Source: a virus (taxonomy: Duplodnaviria; Caudoviricetes). From it: a stretch of DNA of 64,000 bases. A program made the position numbers and the translations under genes. Below the pieces are notes generated by a model that was given only the letters and a program-made list of their open reading frames with translations, ran no database searches and was not told where the DNA came from. Location: the IMG/VR virus record IMGVR_UViG_3300020187_001966; one strand, given 5' to 3'. How positions within the stretch are numbered: the first letter of the stretch is position 1; each line of letters begins with the position of its first letter. This document shows positions 55,668-64,000 of this stretch, piece by piece.

Positions 55668-55701
55668 TAAATACTGGGAGAAAATATAAGGATGATAAAT
55701 T

Positions 55702-55956
55702 ATGGCACTGCCAAACTACGAACTAACAATACCATCTACAGAACAAAAGATATCTTACAGGCCCTTTCTTGCAGAAGAGCAAAAGGTATTATTAGAAACA
55801 TTAACTATTTCAATAGAGTCTCAAAACCCATTACAGATGTTTAACGCAATTGTTAATACTATTGATGCTTGTGTTACTTCTGATATTGAAGTGTCTCAAC
55901 TTTCAAAGTCTGATTTAAAATATATATTCACTCAAATTAAATCAAAGTCAGCATGA
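55702..55956 (+). CDS. T4 gp26-like baseplate hub protein, N-terminal fragment
   Basis: YELTIPST.QKISYRPFL..E.K.LL...DLKYIFTQIKSKS then stop. Confidence 0.65.
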   Translation: MALPNYELTIPSTEQKISYRPFLAEEQKVLLETLTISIESQNPLQMFNAIVNTIDACVTSDIEVSQLSKSDLKYIFTQIKSKSA

Positions 55957-56150
55957 CAACACGATTGAACGATACACCCAACAGCAGAAAATTGACCGCA
56001 GACGAAGAATTGCTAAAGTTAGAAAAAGTTTACATTCATCGTCACCGGCCAGGCAAGAAGATAAATCGTCCAAAGTATTGTCCAGTAGTGGAATTTATAC
56101 CAGGGGTTAAGAACCCAGACTATTATCAAAAGCCAATAAAGCCGTCATAG
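55953..56150 (+). CDS. Hypothetical protein
   Basis: Overlapping start. Confidence 0.5.
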   Translation: MTTRLNDTPNSRKLTADEELLKLEKVYIHRHRPGKKINRPKYCPVVEFIPGVKNPDYYQKPIKPS

Positions 56151-56210
56151 AAAAGAATACAAGAAATGCTGAAATGGAACACATTAAAGCAAAACTAATG
56201 AGGAAAAAAC

Positions 56211-56615
56211 ATGAATACTAAATTTAGTATAGGTGTTGTAATTACAATAGTACTACAAGTTAGTGCGTTTGTATGGTGGACAGCACAACAAGCACAGACA
56301 ATTAGTCAACTCGAATCAGAGATGGCAGAACTTACAGCAAGAACAGAAGTTGAAAAAGAAGTTACATTAATTAACGATGTAAAGCAGTTACGTAAGGATT
56401 TAGATGACCTTAAAGCAAAAACACTTGACGGTATTTTAGAGATTGATAACATGCGTATTAGTGAAGACAATAGACTAGGTGAATATATTGACCGTAGATT
56501 GGCAGACCTAATTGGTGAATTACAAACTACATTCACAACACATGAGGTTTGGATAGACGAGCTTGAATTAGTAGATGACGAAATAAAAACACAGTTATCA
56601 GACCACCAGCATTAA
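56211..56615 (+). CDS. TM plus coiled-coil protein
   Basis: N-terminal hydrophobic helix, heptads. Confidence 0.7.
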   Translation: MNTKFSIGVVITIVLQVSAFVWWTAQQAQTISQLESEMAELTARTEVEKEVTLINDVKQLRKDLDDLKAKTLDGILEIDNMRISEDNRLGEYIDRRLADLIGELQTTFTTHEVWIDELELVDDEIKTQLSDHQH

Positions 56616-56624
56616 GGATTAATT

Positions 56625-58667
56625 ATGCGTAAGATATTATTCTCTCCAATATGGAGTGTGCTTGTACTACTACTTCTTACTTGGGTGTATAGTAGTAACC
56701 CAGTATTTCTAGATAGTTTAAGGTTGAGATACTTTGACCAACTAATAGTAAATCAAGAGCCAATTGAAAATAACATATACACTGTTAACATAGACGAAGC
56801 AAGTTTAGAAGAAAAAGGACAATGGCCCTGGCCACGTGGAGACTATAGTGAGTTAATTATAGACTTATATGACCGTGGTGCTGGCTTAGTTGTGTTTAAT
56901 GTACTAATGGCTGAAACTGATCGAGCAGGAGAGGATCAAGATTTAGCATTAACAATGCAACAGTTACCAGTTATCCTAAACATGCTGGGCGCAGATGAGA
57001 ATAAAAACGAAGCAATTAATCCTGGTGCTACTATTGTTAATAGTGACTTTATGTACCTTATACCCAGCCGTGAAGGTGTTATAGCAAACGTACCAGACAT
57101 AGAATTTTCATCAGTTGGCAGTGGCATCGTAGATACATTCCCAGAAGCTGATGGTGTAACAAGACGTATGCCAATGGTTATAGAAAGCCAAGGCACACTT
57201 TATCCAAGTGTTACAATGGAAGTATTACGAGTTATTGCTGGAGATCCTAGTTTTCAGATTAAGTTAAATGAATTTGGTGTTGACAAACTACGCATACCAC
57301 AGTTTGGTATTATACAAACAGATGGACTTGGGCGTGTTTGGATTGACTGGAGTCAAAAGAATAAAAGTTATAGCACAACAAACTTACCAGACGACTTTGA
57401 TGGCGGCATAGTATTTGTTGGCCCAACAGCGGCAGGTGTTTCACAGCCAGTAGCAACAGCGGCGGGCAGTATATACCCACACGAAATACATGCCACTATA
57501 CTTGGCACAGTGTTTAACAAAAGTAATATTGAACGACCTGCTTGGGCTTTTGATGCTGAAATGTTAGGCTTCTTATTAGTAGGACTTTTTGTTATTGTAC
57601 TAGCACGTTGGACTTATGCTGGCATTATAGTATTTGTAGTCGCAGTAGGTGGTTCAATATTTTATAGCATATATAGTTTTAATAACTATAACTATTTGAT
57701 TGATGGCGCTACATCTAGTGCCTTTTTAATACTAGTGGGCATGACTAGGTATATAGTTAAATTTGTAGATGAATTCCTACAAAAACAAGAAATTAAGAAA
57801 CAGTTTGGCGGATACGCATCACCTACAGTTGTTAAACTACTACAAGAAAATCCAGCACTCATTAAAGATGGTGTAAAGAAAGAAGTTAGTATCGTGTTTA
57901 GTGACTTGCGTGGCTTTACTCCACTAGGTGAGAGTTTTGGTGACGATGTAAAAGGCCTAACTAAAATAATGAATGGCTACATGGATAGTATTACACAGCC
58001 TGTATTAGACAGTGATGGAATGATTATTAAGTATATAGGCGATGCTAGTATGCACATACACAATGCGCCTATAGATGATCGTCACCATCCAAGAACCGCA
58101 GTACAATGTGGATTAGATATGTTAGCGGCAGTGGATAAATTTAATGAAGAAGTTATTATTCCACAAGGTAGACCAGCAGTAGGCATGGGCGCAGGTATCA
58201 ATACAGGACTTGGTTATATTGGTGAGATGGGATCAACAGCTAGACACAGTTATGATGTTTTGGGAGACGCAGTAAGTACTGCCGCACGTATTGAATCAAA
58301 ATGTAAAGAGTACGGATGTTTACTACTAGTAGGCGATGCTACATACCAAACAACTAAGTCAGACTTCTTTTACTTAAAGATAGATGACTTAGCAGTTAAA
58401 GGCAAGAGTGTTGGTGTTGGTATATGGACAGTATTAGATCAGAAGCGTCCAGCTTGGCGTAAAGCACAAAAGAAACACCAAGATATGTATGAAGACTATC
58501 TGGCGCAAAGATTTGATGACGCAATAGACAAGTGTAAGATGTTACATGATCACTTTGACGGACAAATGGCTGGCTACTATGATATGTGGATTGAGCGTTG
58601 TGAATTCCAAAAGACACAAGACTTACCTAAAGATTGGAATGGCGTGTTTTTTGCCCAAACCAAGTAA
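56625..58667 (+). CDS. CHASE2-domain class III adenylate/guanylate cyclase
   Basis: GQWPWPR CHASE2 motif, three TMs, FSDLRGFT, IKYIGDA, GIGI-like GAGINTG, YDVLGDAV..AARIES. Confidence 0.93.
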   Translation: MRKILFSPIWSVLVLLLLTWVYSSNPVFLDSLRLRYFDQLIVNQEPIENNIYTVNIDEASLEEKGQWPWPRGDYSELIIDLYDRGAGLVVFNVLMAETDRAGEDQDLALTMQQLPVILNMLGADENKNEAINPGATIVNSDFMYLIPSREGVIANVPDIEFSSVGSGIVDTFPEADGVTRRMPMVIESQGTLYPSVTMEVLRVIAGDPSFQIKLNEFGVDKLRIPQFGIIQTDGLGRVWIDWSQKNKSYSTTNLPDDFDGGIVFVGPTAAGVSQPVATAAGSIYPHEIHATILGTVFNKSNIERPAWAFDAEMLGFLLVGLFVIVLARWTYAGIIVFVVAVGGSIFYSIYSFNNYNYLIDGATSSAFLILVGMTRYIVKFVDEFLQKQEIKKQFGGYASPTVVKLLQENPALIKDGVKKEVSIVFSDLRGFTPLGESFGDDVKGLTKIMNGYMDSITQPVLDSDGMIIKYIGDASMHIHNAPIDDRHHPRTAVQCGLDMLAAVDKFNEEVIIPQGRPAVGMGAGINTGLGYIGEMGSTARHSYDVLGDAVSTAARIESKCKEYGCLLLVGDATYQTTKSDFFYLKIDDLAVKGKSVGVGIWTVLDQKRPAWRKAQKKHQDMYEDYLAQRFDDAIDKCKMLHDHFDGQMAGYYDMWIERCEFQKTQDLPKDWNGVFFAQTK

Positions 58668-58721
58668 CTTTTTGTAGCAACTTCTAAATAAATAAAACTA
58701 TAGTTATTTGTGAGAGGATAC

Positions 58722-59207
58722 ATGATGCAGAATAATGAATATGACGTAGTCGTAATTAAAGTAGTGGATGGCGATACAGTAGACGTAGATATTGATCTAG
58801 GGTTTGGTGTTTGTTTAAAAGACGAGCGTGTGAGAATTATGGGCATTGATACGCCCGAGTCACGCACCAGTGATAGAGTAGAAGATTTGTTTGGCGAAGC
58901 AGCTAAAGCAAGACTTAAAGAACTTATGAAACACGGCGGCAAACTTATTACTACAGAAGATAAGCATGGCGAAGACATGAAGGGTAAGTTTGGGCGTATC
59001 CTTGGAGACTTTAAAGTAGACTACAATGGTGAGATGAAAAAAGTTACTGAGATCATGGAAGCAGAAGGACATTGCGTTCCTTACTTTGGTGGAAGTAAAG
59101 AAGAAACACAAGCCGCACACCAAGTAAACCGTGTACGTTTGCTAAACGAAGGTATTGTAACTCAAGAAGCATACGATGCCGCAGTTGAGAAGATGAAAAA
59201 TAAGTGA
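58722..59207 (+). CDS. SNase/thermonuclease-like nuclease, paralog 2
   Basis: VVDGDTVDVDIDLGF, RIMGIDTPES, GKFGRILG. Confidence 0.85.
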   Translation: MMQNNEYDVVVIKVVDGDTVDVDIDLGFGVCLKDERVRIMGIDTPESRTSDRVEDLFGEAAKARLKELMKHGGKLITTEDKHGEDMKGKFGRILGDFKVDYNGEMKKVTEIMEAEGHCVPYFGGSKEETQAAHQVNRVRLLNEGIVTQEAYDAAVEKMKNK

Positions 59208-59308
59208 TTAAAAAACTAGGTATACTAGCGTTTGCATTTTTCTTTATAAAGGGGCTAATTTGGTTAGCCCTTTTATACTTTGGTGCTACATGGCTAATAC
59301 CAGGATAA
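59204..59308 (+). CDS. Micro membrane peptide (34 aa)
   Basis: GTG start overlapping upstream stop; MIKKLGILAFAFFFIKGLIWL... Confidence 0.55.
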   Translation: MIKKLGILAFAFFFIKGLIWLALLYFGATWLIPG

Positions 59309-59651
59309 AGTAAGTGGTATAGTGTGCTATTTGATCTATAGTAGCATACTTCCAATACTTTTTATTTCTATGTGTAACTTTATTACGTTCTGCTATCCAA
59401 TGTTTAGTATAGTCGATAATAAAATGTAACACAAAATCTAGTAAGGCAAGCCATAGTGCCTTGCCAACACCTACTAGCAGTAGTGCTACAAAAAATGTTA
59501 GCACTGCATGGTGCGAACAATGTATCCATAGTCTAGGTTTAGTTAATTGTGTCTTTGTTCCGTGTTTATCATCAGTAAGTTCAGCCTGAAGGAATAAATC
59601 TGCTATGGCATGTTTTACTGTTAGTAGGAAAAAGAATGTTAGTGCTGTCAT
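59286..59651 (-). CDS. DUF3307-like membrane protein
   Basis: KHAIADLFLQ, HCSHH, HFIIDYTK, DQIAH. Confidence 0.8.
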   Translation of the reverse strand: MTALTFFFLLTVKHAIADLFLQAELTDDKHGTKTQLTKPRLWIHCSHHAVLTFFVALLLVGVGKALWLALLDFVLHFIIDYTKHWIAERNKVTHRNKKYWKYATIDQIAHYTTYFILVLAM

Positions 59652-60013
59652 TTATTTTGTTCTTCTTTATATATTTTTTTAAGATCTTCTAGTGAGTGTA
59701 ATTTTTCATTATCAGTTTCACTAAGTCCAGCTTCTTTAATTATTTCACGAAGTTCAGCAATCTTGTTTTGGTTTATCTCTTGTTGTTCTTTTAATGTTAA
59801 AACTACATTTAGTTTTTGGTTAAGACGGATTAGATCGTTATCTAACATACGTATACGATCAATTAGCCCAATAAGAACACCTTGTGCTTGTCCAATAACT
59901 GGGTCGATAGTTTCTGTTACCCATTTCCAGATAAAGAATATGAAATATCCAAGGCCCATAGCGGCAACAATAGGAAACCCATATTGACTAATTAATTCAG
60001 CAATATTTCCCAT
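59648..60013 (-). CDS. TM plus coiled-coil protein, paralog A2
   Basis: GFPIVAA.G.GYF...LIDRIR.LDNDLIR. Confidence 0.75.
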   Translation of the reverse strand: MGNIAELISQYGFPIVAAMGLGYFIFFIWKWVTETIDPVIGQAQGVLIGLIDRIRMLDNDLIRLNQKLNVVLTLKEQQEINQNKIAELREIIKEAGLSETDNEKLHSLEDLKKIYKEEQNK

Positions 60014-60591
60014 TACATCTCCCTACAATTACCAAAGTGATAACGTTTCATATTGTGTCCTTGTTTACCTTGTTTACCACAATGTGGGCAAGTTACAATA
60101 GGTTTGGCAGCACGAGCCGCCGCCAACTTAGCTTTAACTTCAGGACGATTCAACGCCTCTGTCACCGCAGCTTGGTGTGCTTCAGTCTTTGGACGAACCC
60201 CACAAGCATTGGAATTACCTATTAGTTTTGGATTTGGTTTACCTAACTTACTTTTAGAAATGTTTTGTCTATGCTCGTCTGTTTTAGACACACCTTTTTT
60301 GGCACCTACATTAGATCCTACTACCCAAGGTTTGCTCATGCCTTTATGTGCTTCGCTAATTTTGCGCTTATGCTCTTCACTTTTTGGCATTGACATTAGT
60401 TCATACATAATTTCATCATGTCCTATTAATCCAGCTAACCCCTTCCACGCAAGTTTATCTTGAGTTCTACCATATGTTTCGTATAGTTCTCGATGTGCTT
60501 GTGCGTGTTCTTCTACAGTTAGTTCTATTAAGTTAGCTGGATCATCAGACCCGCCAGCATGTTTTGGAATAATATGATGTTTATGTTTCAT
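60013..60591 (-). CDS. HNH homing endonuclease with NUMOD3-like repeats
   Basis: HHIIPKHAGGSDD..NLIELTVEEH..AH; KSEEHKRKISE; C-terminal CPHC...HFGNC. Confidence 0.9.
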   Translation of the reverse strand: MKHKHHIIPKHAGGSDDPANLIELTVEEHAQAHRELYETYGRTQDKLAWKGLAGLIGHDEIMYELMSMPKSEEHKRKISEAHKGMSKPWVVGSNVGAKKGVSKTDEHRQNISKSKLGKPNPKLIGNSNACGVRPKTEAHQAAVTEALNRPEVKAKLAAARAAKPIVTCPHCGKQGKQGHNMKRYHFGNCREM

Positions 60592-60635
60592 ACACTTATT
60601 TATCTTTTTACTTTGTCTGGCAGTGGTGTTGGATG

Positions 60636-60803
60636 TTATGCTATATCGTCTCTATCTTCACCAATTTTGGTAAGCCATCCATTTTCGTTAACACGAAAAA
60701 TGTCGCCTGGTTTATACAAGCCTTTATCCATTACTTCTGTGGGAGTATCGCCAACAACAGTAAAACTATCGCCTGCTTGGTTAATTGTGTAATCTACCCA
60801 CAT
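60636..60803 (-). CDS. Small protein (55 aa), paralog B2
   Basis: Hand-translated MWVDYTINQ...YKPGDIFRVNENGWLTKIGE. Confidence 0.65.
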   Translation of the reverse strand: MWVDYTINQAGDSFTVVGDTPTEVMDKGLYKPGDIFRVNENGWLTKIGEDRDDIA

Positions 60804-60805
60804 CA

Positions 60806-60973
60806 TTATTGTTCACCGATTAGTTCAAAGTAACCATTGGGTCCTACACGATATGTATCTCCAATTTTTAGTTCTACGTCATCAATAACAAAAAATTTGT
60901 CATCAGGGTCTTTGTCTTTAAGAATACGAAATCCGTTTTGAAATTTCATTAGTAATAGGTCTTTCCACATCAT
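60806..60973 (-). CDS. Small protein (55 aa), paralog B1
   Basis: Hand-translated MMWKDLLL...LKIGDTYRVGPNGYFELIGEQ. Confidence 0.65.
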   Translation of the reverse strand: MMWKDLLLMKFQNGFRILKDKDPDDKFFVIDDVELKIGDTYRVGPNGYFELIGEQ

Positions 60974-61251
60974 TAGTCTTTCCTTGCGTCATTTTTGCCA
61001 TCAGCCCGTGCAATCCTATCCACGTCTGGTCGCAACCCTAGAGCATTACTCATTAGTGTATCAATACGTATGACATCATGATTCATTGTTTGTACACGAT
61101 TGTCTAGGCCCATAATGATACCCTTTAAACCATTGACACTTCCAGTAACACCTGCTAGTATAAACTTCAATGTTAAAAACACAAAGTAACCAGCAGCTAG
61201 TGCGCCAACGATTGGAAACCCTACCTCTGCAATTAGTCCGAATATTTCCAT
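60973..61251 (-). CDS. TM plus coiled-coil protein, paralog A1
   Basis: GFPIVGA.AAGYF...LDNRV..MNHDVIRID. Confidence 0.75.
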   Translation of the reverse strand: MEIFGLIAEVGFPIVGALAAGYFVFLTLKFILAGVTGSVNGLKGIIMGLDNRVQTMNHDVIRIDTLMSNALGLRPDVDRIARADGKNDARKD

Positions 61252-61312
61252 TCCATTTCACCCTCACAGTTAAATGCTACTGTTATTTATGAAAGAAAGT
61301 ATTAAATAAAGT

Positions 61313-61423
61313 ATGAGCGAGAAAACTCCAAATACGCCTACGCCCACACCGTCTGATGACCCGTGTGATGATGTTACTGGCACAGATCTTTCTAAATGGT
61401 GTAAGAAAACACTTGACAAGTAA
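61313..61423 (+). CDS. Micro-ORF (36 aa, Pro/Thr-rich)
   Basis: Hand-translated; late-promoter-like TTAAATA upstream. Confidence 0.4.
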   Translation: MSEKTPNTPTPTPSDDPCDDVTGTDLSKWCKKTLDK

Positions 61424-61467
61424 TACGTCTTACTATATACTATGGTAGTAAACAAGGAGAAATTCAT

Positions 61468-61620
61468 ATGTCATTACCAAAGAAGCTACCCGCAAACTTT
61501 ATAGAAACGTATTATGAAAATTGTAAAGAGCGTGAACTTTATAAAGACCCTATATTAACTAAAGAACAATACTGGGAAATTTGGATTAAAATGACAGAAC
61601 ATGAGGAATCAAGAAAATGA
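61468..61620 (+). CDS. Small hypothetical protein (50 aa)
   Basis: TTGACA promoter at 61413 and AAGGAG RBS. Confidence 0.6.
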   Translation: MSLPKKLPANFIETYYENCKERELYKDPILTKEQYWEIWIKMTEHEESRK

Positions 61621-62132
61621 ATAAACTAATTATTGCAGGAATTATTGCCCTATTTGCGACAACCGCAAATGCTAACAGCTACAGAGTACAAGGAAAAATT
61701 ATTGAAATTGTACCAGTATATACAAAAGTAAATCAACAGACACCAGTAGAAAAATGTCGTGATATTGAAGTACCAATTTATGGACGCACTGGCGGCAATG
61801 CTGGTGAAGGTGCCTTGGGTGGTATGATTATCGGCGGTGTACTAGGTAAAGTACTGGGCGGTAACGACGGAGGTGCTGCAGCTGGTGCTATCCTTGGTGG
61901 TGTTGTAGGCGCTAATAATTCACAAGGACAACGTCGAATTACTGGATATCGTACAGAGTATCAGTGTACTACAACTTATCGTAATTCTTCTAAGTCAATT
62001 ATTAACGAGTACGACATTGTATATCGTGTAGATGGCCAACGAATCACTGTACGAGTTAATCGTGCTGTTGGGCAAAATGCTTATGTTGGACAACGTAAAG
62101 ATTTCCGTGTAAATTATCAACTTTTAAATTGA
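61617..62132 (+). CDS. Glycine-zipper 2TM secreted protein (YcfJ-like)
   Basis: Signal peptide, GALGGMIIGGVLG..LGG.DG.AAAGAILGGVVG, YDIVY. Confidence 0.85.
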   Translation: MNKLIIAGIIALFATTANANSYRVQGKIIEIVPVYTKVNQQTPVEKCRDIEVPIYGRTGGNAGEGALGGMIIGGVLGKVLGGNDGGAAAGAILGGVVGANNSQGQRRITGYRTEYQCTTTYRNSSKSIINEYDIVYRVDGQRITVRVNRAVGQNAYVGQRKDFRVNYQLLN

Positions 62133-62189
62133 CATCTGTGTCAATATACGCTATAACGTAAGAAACAATAATTTACGCTGGAGAGTAAT

Positions 62190-62420
62190 ATGAATAACAA
62201 AGTTGTATATGCGAATGAAGCTACTATCACTAGTACACGTACTGGTACAGAAGTTGTAGCTGAGATTGATAACTTTAAATTTGAACAATACTTGGATGCC
62301 TTTATTGCCACTAACAAAATACCAATGCGTTGGAATGGCAAAGTATATGTAGGTAATGTTAGTGGTATGGAATTTACAACAGATGGCCCAAAAGAGTCTG
62401 TAAAGTTTAATCGGAGGTAA
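62190..62420 (+). CDS. Conserved phage hypothetical protein
   Basis: GGAG RBS after promoter. Confidence 0.7.
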   Translation: MNNKVVYANEATITSTRTGTEVVAEIDNFKFEQYLDAFIATNKIPMRWNGKVYVGNVSGMEFTTDGPKESVKFNRR

Positions 62421-62424
62421 TAGT

Positions 62425-62775
62425 ATGACAATGCATTTAGTTGGTCCACATATGACCACAACAAAGTATAATCGTAAACAGAAAAAGCCTAATGCTAAAC
62501 TAACAAAAGCACACGCTGAACATGAGAAATGGCTCAAGTCAATAGGTGTTGGTAAAACAAAAGCTCGTAATACAAATACTATTCCAGACTATTCAACCAA
62601 GGATACAGTTGAACTCAGCAATAAGGTTGCTGGACATGGGCCTGCTCGAGAAAGTATGACCTACAGTGGAGAGCGTCAGTTAGTTGGTATTGCTACAATG
62701 CACAAAAGTAATATGGTTCCTATCTTCGCCGATAGGAAAGAAGACGCCAAAGATATAGCGAGTATGAGACGATAA
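62425..62775 (+). CDS. Conserved phage hypothetical protein
   Basis: GIATMHKSNMVPIF motif. Confidence 0.75.
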   Translation: MTMHLVGPHMTTTKYNRKQKKPNAKLTKAHAEHEKWLKSIGVGKTKARNTNTIPDYSTKDTVELSNKVAGHGPARESMTYSGERQLVGIATMHKSNMVPIFADRKEDAKDIASMRR

Positions 62776-63321
62776 ATGATTAGACCAGGTATACATGCTA
62801 CTATTGATTTAGAAACACTTGACACCCTACCTAGTGCTACAGTACTAAGTGTAGGCGGTGTTAAGTTTCGTCCAGACAGTAGTGATGATCCATATGATAG
62901 ATTTTACATGAAAATCTTAGTTGATGATCAAGACAAATTAGGTCGTACTGCTAGTGACGATACAGTTGAATGGTGGGGCAAACAAGACCCTGTCGCAATG
63001 AATGAAGCATTTGATCAAACTGGTGCTGTCACAGTTACAGAGTTCTTAGCCGCACTTAATAAATGGATTGTTGGTGTAGATACATTTTGGGGTCAAGGCT
63101 ATGGCTTTGATTATACCATACTTGAGAATATGTATCGTGCTAGTGGACGTAATGTGCCTTGGTACTTCTGGCAAGTATTGGACTCACGTACATTAATACA
63201 AATGTTACGTGAAGATCCACGTAAGCAATTTCAAACAAACTTACATAAAGCAGATGATGATGCTTATTATCAATCAAAAGCAATTCAGATTGCACTAAAA
63301 GATCTAGGAGTATTTAGATGA
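62776..63321 (+). CDS. DEDD 3'-5' exonuclease (Rv2179c/exo VIII-like)
   Basis: IDLETL, WGQGYGFD..IL, DSRTL, H.A.DDA. Confidence 0.85.
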   Translation: MIRPGIHATIDLETLDTLPSATVLSVGGVKFRPDSSDDPYDRFYMKILVDDQDKLGRTASDDTVEWWGKQDPVAMNEAFDQTGAVTVTEFLAALNKWIVGVDTFWGQGYGFDYTILENMYRASGRNVPWYFWQVLDSRTLIQMLREDPRKQFQTNLHKADDDAYYQSKAIQIALKDLGVFR

Positions 63322-63488
63322 TAAGATGGTATGATTATGTAGCTAGCATATGCTTGGCATATTCCATCTTATTTAAATTTTTTAACATACCTGTTATTGA
63401 CGCAGTACTAGCATATGGATTATGGGTAGGCTGGAGAGATTATTATTGTGAATATAGAAAACAAATGGAGAACAACACATGGCATTAG
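63318..63488 (+). CDS. Small membrane protein (56 aa)
   Basis: Hand-translated [15 protein letters not shown]... Confidence 0.6.
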   Translation: MIRWYDYVASICLAYSILFKFFNIPVIDAVLAYGLWVGWRDYYCEYRKQMENNTWH

Positions 63489-64000
63489 TGCCCATCGTAA
63501 TTGATAAAACAAGTGCAGGTGAACGTAGTTATGATATCTACAGTCGCTTGTTAAAAGACCGTGTAGTAATGCTTAATGGTCAAGTAGAAGACTATATGGC
63601 TAATTTAATTGTAAGTCAGTTATTGTTTCTGGAAAGTGAAAATCCAGATGCTGACATTACATTGTATATTAACAGCCCTGGTGGTGTTATTACTAGTGGC
63701 ATGAGCATTTATGATACAATGCAGTACATTAAACCAGACGTAGTAACAGTTGTAAACGGTCAAGCATGTAGTATGGGAAGTTTCCTAGCACAGGCTGGAG
63801 CAACTGGTAAGCGTATGGTATTACCAAATAGTCGTACAATGATCCATCAACCAAGCGGTGGTGCCAGAGGCATGCAAAGTGATATTGAGATCCAGTACAA
63901 AGAGATTACACACATGAAAAAACAGTTGACAAATCTGTATGTTAAGCATAATACTAGTGGTAAGACATATGAAGATTTTGAACGTGACATGGATCGTGAT
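63479..64000 (+). CDS. clpP: ATP-dependent Clp protease proteolytic subunit (runs off window)
   Basis: Hand-translated MALVPIV...[32 protein letters not shown]. Confidence 0.95.
   Translation, partial: MALVPIVIDKTSAGERSYDIYSRLLKDRVVMLNGQVEDYMANLIVSQLLFLESENPDADITLYINSPGGVITSGMSIYDTMQYIKPDVVTVVNGQACSMGSFLAQAGATGKRMVLPNSRTMIHQPSGGARGMQSDIEIQYKEITHMKKQLTNLYVKHNTSGKTYEDFERDMDRD

Noticed and set aside
1-64000. CRISPR array
   Set aside because: No series of equal-length direct repeats with unique spacers was seen; the PD-(D/E)xK nuclease at 22276 is an ordinary phage exonuclease without cas context.

Overview
This 64 kb window is an internal segment of a large lytic dsDNA phage of about 36% GC, probably a myovirus-type jumbo phage. 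Evidence: a tRNA array, T4-like late promoters (TATAAATA) alongside sigma70-type promoters, replication genes (UvsW-like helicase, primase, DnaB-like helicase, a miniature DnaE), class Ia nrdAB, virion/tail genes and three HNH endonucleases. The host is most likely an alphaproteobacterium of the Rhodobacteraceae/Roseobacter type, inferred from a circularly permuted two-piece tmRNA with tag ANANRAPEMALAA, a DUF1127 gene, a Rhodobacter-like ATP synthase c subunit and an alphaproteobacterial-type porin. The right half is a large accessory region with translation and proteostasis genes (infC, rpsU, hsp20, clpS, clpP, tmRNA), purine scavenging genes (BMP lipoprotein, 2OG-Fe(II) oxygenase, apt, PRTase, guaC) and a curli-like secretion / FecR / CHASE2-cyclase module. 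The best candidate for an undescribed system is at 43662-44611 on the minus strand. There an AsnRS-like class II synthetase consisting only of the catalytic core (no anticodon-binding domain) sits 7 nt upstream of an abnormal 100-nt tRNA with a GUU (Asn) anticodon, U37, a Leu/Ser-type D arm and a 10-bp variable arm, suggesting a dedicated, possibly orthogonal, synthetase/tRNA pair. Other strong leads are a 191-nt late-promoter-driven ncRNA candidate beside a nucleotidyltransferase plus KxDG-ligase-like gene pair, a loop-deleted ATP synthase c subunit inside a translationally coupled micro-protein operon, and anti-Shine-Dalgarno sRNA candidates. All assignments come from manual motif and base-pair reading; no database searches or folding programs were run.
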